Shown here one piece after another: positions 46,822 to 55,089 of a stretch of 64,000 nt of DNA. This DNA comes from an uncultured Clostridia bacterium. Its GTDB lineage: Bacteria; Bacillota; Clostridia; Christensenellales; Borkfalkiaceae. The stretch covers positions 15,423 to 79,422 of the forward strand of contig CAYURN010000007.1 of the NCBI GenBank assembly GCA_964447305.1. Direction: 5' to 3'. Position 1 is the stretch's first letter, and every line of letters begins with the position of its first letter. The notes beneath the pieces were generated by a model. It did no database searches. It saw nothing but the letters and a program-made list of their open reading frames with translations, and was not told where the DNA came from. Position numbers and translations under genes: made by a program.

Positions 46822-49212
46822 TTATTTATTTTTTGAAGATTTTTTTGCTTTCTTTTTTTCCTCTACTTCGACGGCGATGGCGTCGATATCGCCCTTATCC
46901 TTGGGTTTGACAACAAGCAGGACTATGAAGGCTATAAAGAATACGCCCGCAACACAGAACAGAACTATTGCCGCGATGTTGTTTTCAAGCCAATCGTCCT
47001 CGCCGTAGATTTCGGCGGCACGCGCCGAGGCACGCACTACAAGGAAGCTGTCAGTCACCTGGTTTGATAGCCCCGTATCGGTCAAGGTGAGCCGCACGAC
47101 ATAAAATTCAGACGCGTCCTGAGGGACAAAGGTTACGTTGGAAGAACTCCACTCATAATCTTCAAACTCCTCGTCGTCGGTGACGAGAGTGAAATATTTT
47201 CTTGTGTTTTCGTATTCGTTGCCGTCGTCATCGACATATTCGTTGAAGAAGAGCGCATACGCATTATTTACTACGTCGTCGTAGGAAAGTTCCACGCCGG
47301 TATCGACATAGAAGGAGTCACGGTCGAAGATATAGAGATTGTAGACGGCCGAATATGTGCCGGATACGCCTGTTATATCAAACGACGCGCTGTTGTAAGT
47401 TGAGCCGACATAGCCGACGGACTGCACGCCGGGGTCTTCGACGGTGGCCGCCCTGTATTCGACATAAATTTCAAAGAAGGGAAGCAGTTCGGCGTAATCT
47501 TCATCCCAGATGTCGTCGGTGGAGATGGTCTGAATATTGCCGTCTTCATCGGGATAATACATCTCGTTGCCGGCCGCATCGGTAACATAGATGGTAAAGC
47601 GGTAGTATGTGTTGGCTTCGGAGATGGAGATTGCAAGGGAATCGGAACTAAGACCCGTGACAGAGCCTGTGGAGCTTGTTGTATAATAGATACTGTAAGT
47701 GAGGTCGGTGTAGCCGCCGAGATTATCTATTACATAGCCTGAGAAGTCGGGAAGATAGAGGTTTGTATCCGAACTTGCGAAAAGACCGTCGGGATATATA
47801 TTTTCATCGGCGATATACGCATCTATCTTTGCCTGATACTCCTCCTGCACCTTTGCGATATATTCCTTGTATGTTTCGAGGTCGACAACGCTTTCATCGG
47901 CATAGGTTGCGCCGAGGTTGTCTTCGAGCATCATTATGAACGTGCTGCTTGCAGTTGACTCCGTATCGTCTTTAAGGTCGCTGATATCAACCTTATACTC
48001 TTCGGGAACATACCAATCCATAAATACATAGTCGGTCTGAGCCCTTGACGAGGTGGTGTCCCTGACATATATGCAGACCTTGACCAGACCATAGACGGTG
48101 TAACCGTTTTCGTTTTCGACTATGCCGTTAACCTCGTCGAGGTCGGGAACATAGGTATATTGGTCGCGGAGAAGGCGATAGTCGGAAGAAGTGCTGACTT
48201 CCATGAACAAGTCGCTGTCGTCCGAGTAGTCGTTATAGTCATAGTCCTCGGCTTCGAACTGTTCGTTGCTGAGAACGTAATACATGACGGTGCTTCTCGG
48301 TGAAGACGCAATTACGTCGATTACGGTATATTCAATATCTACAGCGTCGCCATAGGTGAGGTAGTTGAGGCCTGAATCGAGGCATATAACGGGAGCCTGG
48401 TCATCGCGGATGGTGCCGCCCGTGAGAACGCCGTCATCGTCATAAGCTGCGTCGTAGACCTGGAAGCTCTGGCCGTTGAGCGAGTACATTATGAGGTTGA
48501 CGGAGGCGTCTTCATCAGAGTCATCAAAGTCGACCGTAAAGGTTAAGGGTGTGGCAGCCGAATCGCCCGAAGAAACGTAAGACGCGTAATTTTCGCTGAC
48601 GTTTACGAACAGACCCGCCTCCTCGCCGTTGATGAGAATGGTGTAATCGCCGCTTTCAAAATCACCGAAAGCTATGGTTATGGACGAATAATCTTCGAGC
48701 ACGACGGAAGGTTCATCTTCATCGTCCACGTCGTCGCTTTCAGAGATGTAGAGCGCGAGAGTGCCTTCCGAAGTGGGTTTGAACACGAGATAGTTATCCG
48801 AAACGCCGTTATCGGTTATATTGTACTGCTGAGATTGGAATGCAATGGTATAGCTTGAAAATTCTATACTGTCGAAACCGATGACCATTTTGAACTTTCC
48901 GTTTACGCCATAGCCGTTATCGTCAGCGGACCACCAATTATAGGCGAGGTTTTTTCTGTAAGTGACTGACTGTCCGTCGCTCATAAGAAAGGCGGTATAG
49001 TCGGTGTAGCCCTCGTCAGAATCGTCAGCGATGCGCACGGTGGCGATGGACGCGCTGTCGGTGCCGGTACCTGTGTAGAATACGTTTGTACCCGTCAGGG
49101 TTATTTCCCTGTAATCGTCATCGGCGGCGGCAACGGCCGCGAAAGACATTGCTGACGCCGCAACTGCGCATACTGCGGAGAGGGCAATTAGTGATAATCT
49201 GATTTTCTTCAT
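46822..49212 (-). CDS. large acidic secreted protein with C-terminal membrane anchor (796 aa)
   Basis: Signal peptide MKKIRLSLIALSAVCAVAASAMSFA, then a very D/E/Y/T-rich beta-type sequence. It ends in a single C-terminal TM helix (IAAIVLFCVAGVFFIAFIVLLVV) and a Lys-rich tail. No family recognised. Confidence 0.6.
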   Translation of the reverse strand: MKKIRLSLIALSAVCAVAASAMSFAAVAAADDDYREITLTGTNVFYTGTGTDSASIATVRIADDSDEGYTDYTAFLMSDGQSVTYRKNLAYNWWSADDNGYGVNGKFKMVIGFDSIEFSSYTIAFQSQQYNITDNGVSDNYLVFKPTSEGTLALYISESDDVDDEDEPSVVLEDYSSITIAFGDFESGDYTILINGEEAGLFVNVSENYASYVSSGDSAATPLTFTVDFDDSDEDASVNLIMYSLNGQSFQVYDAAYDDDGVLTGGTIRDDQAPVICLDSGLNYLTYGDAVDIEYTVIDVIASSPRSTVMYYVLSNEQFEAEDYDYNDYSDDSDLFMEVSTSSDYRLLRDQYTYVPDLDEVNGIVENENGYTVYGLVKVCIYVRDTTSSRAQTDYVFMDWYVPEEYKVDISDLKDDTESTASSTFIMMLEDNLGATYADESVVDLETYKEYIAKVQEEYQAKIDAYIADENIYPDGLFASSDTNLYLPDFSGYVIDNLGGYTDLTYSIYYTTSSTGSVTGLSSDSLAISISEANTYYRFTIYVTDAAGNEMYYPDEDGNIQTISTDDIWDEDYAELLPFFEIYVEYRAATVEDPGVQSVGYVGSTYNSASFDITGVSGTYSAVYNLYIFDRDSFYVDTGVELSYDDVVNNAYALFFNEYVDDDGNEYENTRKYFTLVTDDEEFEDYEWSSSNVTFVPQDASEFYVVRLTLTDTGLSNQVTDSFLVVRASARAAEIYGEDDWLENNIAAIVLFCVAGVFFIAFIVLLVVKPKDKGDIDAIAVEVEEKKKAKKSSKNK

Positions 49213-49346
49213 AAAATATAACCTTGTAGTTTTTTAGGTAAAAAAAGTGGCATTAAATTTATGCACACAGCAAATATTACTATAATATAATTTACTTGTC
49301 AATCAATTTAAAAAACCGCAGAGCATTTTTCACTAAAATTACTTGA

Positions 49347-50036
49347 TTAAATGCTGATTGAAAAGTTATTCCACGGCCGCTCTTCTTTGGGCGGCTCTAT
49401 TTCAAAGCGCAGTTTTTCGCCCGTGGTGGGGTGCGTGAAGCGCAATGAATACGCCCACAGCGCAAGCCTGCCCTTTACGGCAGAAGGGCCGCCGTAGCGC
49501 ATGTCGCCGTAGAGCGGACAGTTTATTGCGGCCATCTGTACGCGTATCTGATGGGTGCGGCCGGTGTGGAGCCTGACTTCCGCAAGGGTGAGCGAACCTT
49601 TGGTTTCGCGCACGGTATATTCGAGCGACGCGAACTTTGCCCCCTCCTCCGTTCTGGTACAGACATAGACCATGTTGTTGAGGGAGTTTTTCCTGAGATA
49701 GTTTTCAAGCGTGGCGCGGGGCTTTGAGGGACAGCCGCACAGTACCGCGAAGTAGAGTTTTTCAAACCCGCCCGTGCGCATCTGTTCGGAAAGCCTTGCC
49801 GCCGCCTTGGAAGTTTTTGCATAGACCATAACGCCGCCGGTGGGTCTGTCCAGCCTGTGGACAAGGCCCAGAAAGACGTTGCCAGGCTTATCGTAAGCAG
49901 TTTTTATGTACCGCTTTACACAGTCGAACAGATTGTCATCGCCGCTTTCATCGGGACAGCAGGCGACGTTCTGCGGTTTGAGAACGACAATTATGTGGTT
50001 GTCCTCGTACAATATTACCAAATCGCTATCGAGCAT
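49347..50036 (-). CDS. RluA family pseudouridine synthase
   Basis: 229 aa with catalytic motif HRLDRPTGG and HTGRTHQIRVQ. Confidence 0.85.
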   Translation of the reverse strand: MLDSDLVILYEDNHIIVVLKPQNVACCPDESGDDNLFDCVKRYIKTAYDKPGNVFLGLVHRLDRPTGGVMVYAKTSKAAARLSEQMRTGGFEKLYFAVLCGCPSKPRATLENYLRKNSLNNMVYVCTRTEEGAKFASLEYTVRETKGSLTLAEVRLHTGRTHQIRVQMAAINCPLYGDMRYGGPSAVKGRLALWAYSLRFTHPTTGEKLRFEIEPPKEERPWNNFSISI

Positions 50037-50093
50037 ACAGATACCTTATTTTATTTGATTATACCATGATTGCCCGCGAGGCAGGCAAGAGAA

Positions 50094-50969
50094 TTAGTTT
50101 TCGCCCGTGAACAGACCGCTTGCGCCGCAGGGAAGCGGTATGCCTTCCGCGGTGGGGAGAGCGACTTCATAGGCGTCGATAGCGCCCTTGAAATCTTTAA
50201 GTGTGAGTTTTAAAATATTGCCTATAACGCAGGGCTGCAAACCCGTGGTGTAGCTGTTTATAAGCACGAACAGCGGGTCGGGGACGAGAACCTTTGCACA
50301 CTGAGCGACAAAATCGAACAGGTTGTCCTCTATCTTCCACATCTCCCCGCCGGGACCCCTGCCGTAGCTGGGCGGGTCCATTATTATTGCGTCATAGCGG
50401 TTGCCGCGGCGTATCTCCCTTGCCACGAATTTTGCGCAGTCGTCGATGATATAGCGTATTCCCGAATTTATGCCGGAAAGTCTTGCGTTTTCGCCCGCGC
50501 GCTCCACCATGCTCTTGGCGGCGTCGACATGGGTGACTTCCGCGCCTGCCTTTGCGCACGCGACGGACGCTCCGCCCGTGTAGGCAAAGAGATTGAGAAC
50601 TTTAATCTTTCTTTCGGGAAACGCCCGAAGTCTGCCGGAGATGAGCGCGCGCATGGCGTCCCAATTGACGGCCTGTTCGGGGAACAGCCCCGTGTGCTTG
50701 AAGCCCATGGGCTTTATTATAAAGGACAGATCGCCGTAGCTTATGTTCCACTGTTCGGGGAAGGGCGTGAGTTTTTGCCATGCCCCGCCGCCCTTGGAAC
50801 TGCGGTGATAGACCGCGTTGATATCCGGATAGGAATACAGATCAAAGGAACTGCGCCAGATGACCTGCGGGTCGGGGCGCAAAAGGCACACGCTGCCCCA
50901 GCGTTCGAGCTTCATGCCGTCGCCCGTGGCTATTATACTGTAATCCTGCCAGCCTTCGGAAATCTTCAT
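50094..50969 (-). CDS. class I SAM-dependent (RlmI/RlmK-type) rRNA methyltransferase
   Basis: SAM motif LNLFAYTGGASV and the DPPSYGRG motif. Start set at ATG 50969 (MKISEGW); the ORF track begins at 50996. Confidence 0.75.
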   Translation of the reverse strand: MKISEGWQDYSIIATGDGMKLERWGSVCLLRPDPQVIWRSSFDLYSYPDINAVYHRSSKGGGAWQKLTPFPEQWNISYGDLSFIIKPMGFKHTGLFPEQAVNWDAMRALISGRLRAFPERKIKVLNLFAYTGGASVACAKAGAEVTHVDAAKSMVERAGENARLSGINSGIRYIIDDCAKFVAREIRRGNRYDAIIMDPPSYGRGPGGEMWKIEDNLFDFVAQCAKVLVPDPLFVLINSYTTGLQPCVIGNILKLTLKDFKGAIDAYEVALPTAEGIPLPCGASGLFTGEN

Positions 50970-51059
50970 GACAATAATTATAAAATATTCGCGCACAAAA
51001 GTAAAGCAAAAAGCGCGCAGGCTTTGCCAAAAATACGCGCGCAGGTTAAATTCGGAAAC

Positions 51060-51094
51060 GCTGAAAGGGCGGCGCGGCAGCCGCCGCGCCGCCC
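51060..51094 (-). terminator. strong GC hairpin ending the phage-like operon
   Basis: 12-bp stem GGGCGGCGCGGC / GCCGCGCCGCCC (51067-51094) with a 4-nt loop, followed on the minus strand by CTTTCAGCGTTT. It lies 5 nt after the 165-aa ORF stop. Confidence 0.65.
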
Positions 51095-51098
51095 CCGT

Positions 51099-51596
51099 TC
51101 AGGACGTAAACGTAGAAAGATAGTTGTAAAGAGTTGTATAGTAGTTGCCGAGGTAACTTTGGGCGACGGTGTCGGCCGCGTACAGCGCCAGACGCTCGGC
51201 GGGGTCCTCTATGGCGAGATAGAAATCCCTGACCTGAATGTAGCGTTCGAGGTAGCTGAGTTCGTAGTCGACTATATAGCCGGAAGAGTCGTTGCCGCTG
51301 TCGCCCGTTTCTCCGTCGTTCGTCGGCTCGTTGAGGGACATGTTGAATATGAGCTGTTCGCGCAGTATCTCCACTTCATATTCATACTCCGCCTCCAACT
51401 CAGCCTTCTTGTCGGCATACAGCGATGAGAGATGGACGTTGTTGGTGTTGCACAGACAGTAATAGACCTGAAGCTCCTGCTGAAGAGTGTGATACAGCTC
51501 GTTCTTGTTCTGCTGGGCGGTGCGCAGCAACTTGAGCTGAATGGTTGTAAGAGCTTCGGCTTCGGCCGCGCTGATATCGATTATGTCAAAATCCAT
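51099..51596 (-). CDS. phage-cluster hypothetical protein (165 aa)
   Basis: Last ORF of the cluster, 5 nt after the preceding stop. It is helical and acidic, with no family recognised. Confidence 0.5.
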   Translation of the reverse strand: MDFDIIDISAAEAEALTTIQLKLLRTAQQNKNELYHTLQQELQVYYCLCNTNNVHLSSLYADKKAELEAEYEYEVEILREQLIFNMSLNEPTNDGETGDSGNDSSGYIVDYELSYLERYIQVRDFYLAIEDPAERLALYAADTVAQSYLGNYYTTLYNYLSTFTS

Positions 51597-51601
51597 AAAC
51601 T

Positions 51602-52855
51602 CTACACCTCCGCTTTGGCCGTAAGGGCGCGCAGTCTGCCCTGCGCCGTGACCGTGAACGTGAACGACGTGCCGTACATATCGACCCTATGCACGCCGCT
51701 GTCAGTAAATGTGCGGGTGACGCCGAGCGAGCTTACTCGCACGGTAACGTCGCCGTCGCAGACGACGTTTATCTCCCTGAGAAGAGCGCGGCTGCCGCCG
51801 AACGTGACGGGCTGCGTGTAAAGCTGTATGCTGCCGCCGCCGAATACCAGCTTTATGATTATAGTACCCGTCACGGCGTACAGCCCGTCAGGCCCGGCGA
51901 ACAATGCGCGCGGAGTTATGGTAGTCTTCCACCCCGTTCCCGCCGACAGGTCAAAGCAGTACATTACATCTGAACCGACATCTTCCTCGGTACACACAAG
52001 GCAATACATATCGCCGAGCGCGGCGGCAAACTGCGGCGAGGAAAGACCTTCATCGGCAAAGTTTATAAGCCTGTCAACATCGGAACCGTCGAAGGCGTAG
52101 ATACCGTTCTGAGTGCAGAAAATTATCTTTCCGCCGCTCTCCGCGCAGGTGCGCTCGACTATGCCGTCGGCCGTAAGGCAGTTGGCCGTGGCGTCCACCT
52201 TGTAATTCTGTGGATCGCCATAGGCGCGTATGACGGTTATGCCGCGTTCGCGCACGGCTATCAGGCGGTCGTCGTAGCTGAACAGCCTGAGGATGCTGCC
52301 GCCCTCGACGGGCAGATAGGTGTAGCCGCTGCCGTAGATACCCTCCTCCCAATCGAGCGCGTGCGAGGCCGACCACCACAGTTTTAAGCCGTCTGTGTAG
52401 TCGCGGGCGAAGAATCTGCCGCAATGCACTGCGCCCGTATAGAACTGCTTTGTATCCGTGCTGCTATCCTGCGCAAGACCCGTATAGATGATTCGGTTGT
52501 AGCCGTTGCAGAATACCGTTACGGCATAGCCGTTGAAGTACATGTCGGTAAAGAAGGGCGAATCCGCGAGCGAAGTGGCTATGGCTGTATATGAACTGCC
52601 GCCCGCATTTATGCGGTAGGCCGCCGAGGACGTCAGCACATACAGCGCGCCGTTGCCCTGAGAATAGTAGGCATCGCTTACACCTGATGGCAATGTGGGA
52701 AAGGTGCTTTGCAACGTGAACGATGTGCCGGGGAGCAGACAGTCATCTACAGTGCGGGCGTTGATACTGTAATCCAGACATTCTTCCGAAAGCAGGTCCA
52801 CCGTTTGCGAAGAAGTGCTGTACAGCGAGGTAGCAGACCTTAGACGCGTTCTCAC
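51602..52855 (-). CDS. phage-cluster structural protein candidate (417 aa), beta-rich
   Basis: Start reassigned to the GTG at 52853-52855, which is preceded by GAGGAGG and overlaps the upstream stop (GTGA). The ORF-track start at 52939 would overlap the upstream gene by 88 nt. Repetitive beta-type segments are present (GIYAFDGSD, GLYAVTGT). Confidence 0.55.
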   Translation of the reverse strand: MRTRLRSATSLYSTSSQTVDLLSEECLDYSINARTVDDCLLPGTSFTLQSTFPTLPSGVSDAYYSQGNGALYVLTSSAAYRINAGGSSYTAIATSLADSPFFTDMYFNGYAVTVFCNGYNRIIYTGLAQDSSTDTKQFYTGAVHCGRFFARDYTDGLKLWWSASHALDWEEGIYGSGYTYLPVEGGSILRLFSYDDRLIAVRERGITVIRAYGDPQNYKVDATANCLTADGIVERTCAESGGKIIFCTQNGIYAFDGSDVDRLINFADEGLSSPQFAAALGDMYCLVCTEEDVGSDVMYCFDLSAGTGWKTTITPRALFAGPDGLYAVTGTIIIKLVFGGGSIQLYTQPVTFGGSRALLREINVVCDGDVTVRVSSLGVTRTFTDSGVHRVDMYGTSFTFTVTAQGRLRALTAKAEV

Positions 52856-53412
52856 AGCCACCTCCTCGGCGGGATGCGCCCGCCGGGCGGCAGCTGCGAA
52901 AGCTGCCTGTCTATTTCGGCGCGGTACCTGCTCTCCCACATTCCGGCGCTGTCCACGTCGCCGGCTATCAGCATGTATTCCGCGGCCACCCCGCAGGCGA
53001 CGAGGCTTGTTCCGACCGCGGGGTCGGGATAGGAAAACTCGTCGGTCAGGGTCAGCGCGTCAGGCACATACTCGTATTCGACGCATATCTCTTTCAGCGG
53101 GCAGATGAGTTTGGAGGGTGAATACGTCCACCCCGCCTTTTTGCCGCCGCCCGTCACGCGGAGTATGCGGTAGGGAGTGTAATCGAACGAAGAGAAGTCG
53201 TATTCGCCGTCCTCGGAAGAAAGGGTCTGAACATATCTGAGCGGGAAGTAGCCGCGGGCAAGTTCGTCGGTGACGGCGTTAAGGCACAGCAGAAGGGCGC
53301 TCTGCATACGGCTGATTTCAGTAGTGAGCGACGAGGAACCCTCCGCACTATCGGCGGCGTCAGGGCGGCCTATCATGCGCATCACATCTGCCAAAAATTG
53401 TTTTACTTGCAT
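52852..53412 (-). CDS. phage-cluster hypothetical protein (186 aa), head-completion/adaptor candidate by position
   Basis: First ORF after the capsid gene. The call is positional inference only. Confidence 0.45.
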   Translation of the reverse strand: MQVKQFLADVMRMIGRPDAADSAEGSSSLTTEISRMQSALLLCLNAVTDELARGYFPLRYVQTLSSEDGEYDFSSFDYTPYRILRVTGGGKKAGWTYSPSKLICPLKEICVEYEYVPDALTLTDEFSYPDPAVGTSLVACGVAAEYMLIAGDVDSAGMWESRYRAEIDRQLSQLPPGGRIPPRRWL

Positions 53413-53490
53413 AGTTCCTCCTTTGAAAGGGCGCCCCGCCCGCGGGCGGGGCGCCCCTCCTGAAACAATAAATTAAAGGCGGAGCAGGCT

Positions 53491-54642
53491 TCAGCTCAGC
53501 TGAATCATGCCCTGGGCATAGGGCTTTTTGCAGATGAGTTCGGCATACTTGACGAGAGTGGCCGTGTATGCGGCCTTGCCAGAAACGCGGGTGAGTATTC
53601 TGCCGCCGTCGTCCTCAAGCCATTCCCAATCGCAGAGCTGGCAGAGCACAAAGTCGTCAGGATTGAGAAGGTAGATTCTGTCACCGGGGCAGAACCTGTC
53701 GGCATAGACGGGTACGTCGTTGACGTAGACCGCGGTATATCCCGCAGTTACTTCGGGCGTGCTGATTACGCGCATGTCCTTGAACAGTGAAGCGATCTTG
53801 TTGCGGACGGAGTGCGAACACAATATCATCCCCACCTTGCCGCCGCTGCGCTCTTCGATAGTTTCTATGGCGCCTATAATATCCTCGTCCGTGAGAGATG
53901 ACGTTGCCGCAACGTAGGGGTTGAAAAAATCCTCGTCATCCTTGGAATGGCCGTAGACGGTGGCGCCGTCGAAGATGGCCGAAAGACCCGTTAGCTCCTT
54001 GCCGTAGGAGTTCGTGACGACTACAGGATAGCCCACATACGTCGAATGGTTGGATACGGCGGGCGTAACGGTGATGGTGTTGGTTGAAGAATCGACGGCA
54101 GTTATCTTGAGGCCGGACACGGCCGCGGAAGTGCCGTCGGCGCTTGCGATATCGACAACCATGCCCTTGTACCAGCCCTTGACAGACGTGAGAGTGAATG
54201 ACGTGGTGCTGTTGGCCGAGCTTATGTAGGCGAGCAGGCCGTTTCCGTCGCCGAACAGCATACGCGAAAAGTTTGACTTTGCGTCGGCGATGAGCCCTTC
54301 CATTTCGGCGTTGAGAAGATTGACGAACGCCCCTGAAGAATCCTGCGAGGCGCGTATCGCCTTGTCGGTGAGAGATATCGTGCCGTATATGTTCTTTAAA
54401 GGCATGGTCACGTCGTAATAGGTGTTGCCCGACGCGTCGGGAAGGTTGCCGTCCTCGTCGCATGTGACCACGCGCGACATGTCGCCCTTGATGAGCGCGC
54501 ACTTGGCATTCTTGCCGTAGACATATCTTGTACTCTTTTCAATTGCGCTGAGAAAGGGCGAAACGCCCTCGTTGAGCTGTTGGGTGACGGCGTCGAGGTA
54601 ATAATCCTTCAACGCGGCGTCGGCATTCTGTAATGTAATCAA
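53491..54642 (-). CDS. phage major capsid protein (383 aa)
   Basis: It follows the scaffold gene. Size and sequence style are typical of HK97-fold capsid proteins (C-terminal ...YLLNPDDFVLCQLCDWEWLEDDGGRIL...YAELICKKPYAQGMIQL). The subfamily cannot be resolved by eye. Confidence 0.7.
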   Translation of the reverse strand: MITLQNADAALKDYYLDAVTQQLNEGVSPFLSAIEKSTRYVYGKNAKCALIKGDMSRVVTCDEDGNLPDASGNTYYDVTMPLKNIYGTISLTDKAIRASQDSSGAFVNLLNAEMEGLIADAKSNFSRMLFGDGNGLLAYISSANSTTSFTLTSVKGWYKGMVVDIASADGTSAAVSGLKITAVDSSTNTITVTPAVSNHSTYVGYPVVVTNSYGKELTGLSAIFDGATVYGHSKDDEDFFNPYVAATSSLTDEDIIGAIETIEERSGGKVGMILCSHSVRNKIASLFKDMRVISTPEVTAGYTAVYVNDVPVYADRFCPGDRIYLLNPDDFVLCQLCDWEWLEDDGGRILTRVSGKAAYTATLVKYAELICKKPYAQGMIQLS

Positions 54643-54645
54643 AGT

Positions 54646-55089
54646 TTATCTCCTTTTATTTAAAAATTGTTGCGCGAGAGCGCCCGCTTCGCTTATAGTC
54701 GCGGGCGTCTTGCGCCGTGCGGGGACGTTGACCCCGCCTGTGATGAGGGGTACGCTCCTGTTTGCCGCAACAGACGCGAGGTATTCGGCGATTATTCTGT
54801 CGCGGACGGCCTCATCCGTCTGCGCCGCGGCCGCGGGCGCACTGTTTTGCTCTGCCTGCGGGGGAAGGCCGCCGCTTGCCGCCTGAGCGGGCGGGACCTC
54901 CTTTTCCGCTTTTTCCAACTCCCTCAGGCGCTGGCTGCGTCGGGTAAACTCGGCCTCGAGGTTGTTGTAGGCTTCGAGCAGGGCATCCACGTCCTTGAAT
55001 TTTCCCAGCCCTGTCGCAGGCTGTTCTCTGTTGTCTTCCGCCTCCGCGGGGGCTGCCGTGGCCGGTACTTTGGTTGTGGTGTTATCCAT
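54646..55089 (-). CDS. phage scaffolding protein (147 aa)
   Basis: Lies between the portal and capsid genes. It is low-complexity, A/P/E-rich and helical, with KFKDVDALLEAYNNLEAEFTRRSQRLRELE. It overlaps the portal stop by 8 nt. Confidence 0.6.
   Translation of the reverse strand: MDNTTTKVPATAAPAEAEDNREQPATGLGKFKDVDALLEAYNNLEAEFTRRSQRLRELEKAEKEVPPAQAASGGLPPQAEQNSAPAAAAQTDEAVRDRIIAEYLASVAANRSVPLITGGVNVPARRKTPATISEAGALAQQFLNKRR

Noticed and set aside
50529-51428. 299-aa plus-strand ORF spanning the methyltransferase gene, the intergenic terminator and the phage-like 165-aa gene
   Set aside because: It is antisense to two well-supported genes and crosses a strong hairpin terminator. Its composition is Arg/Gly/Ala-rich.
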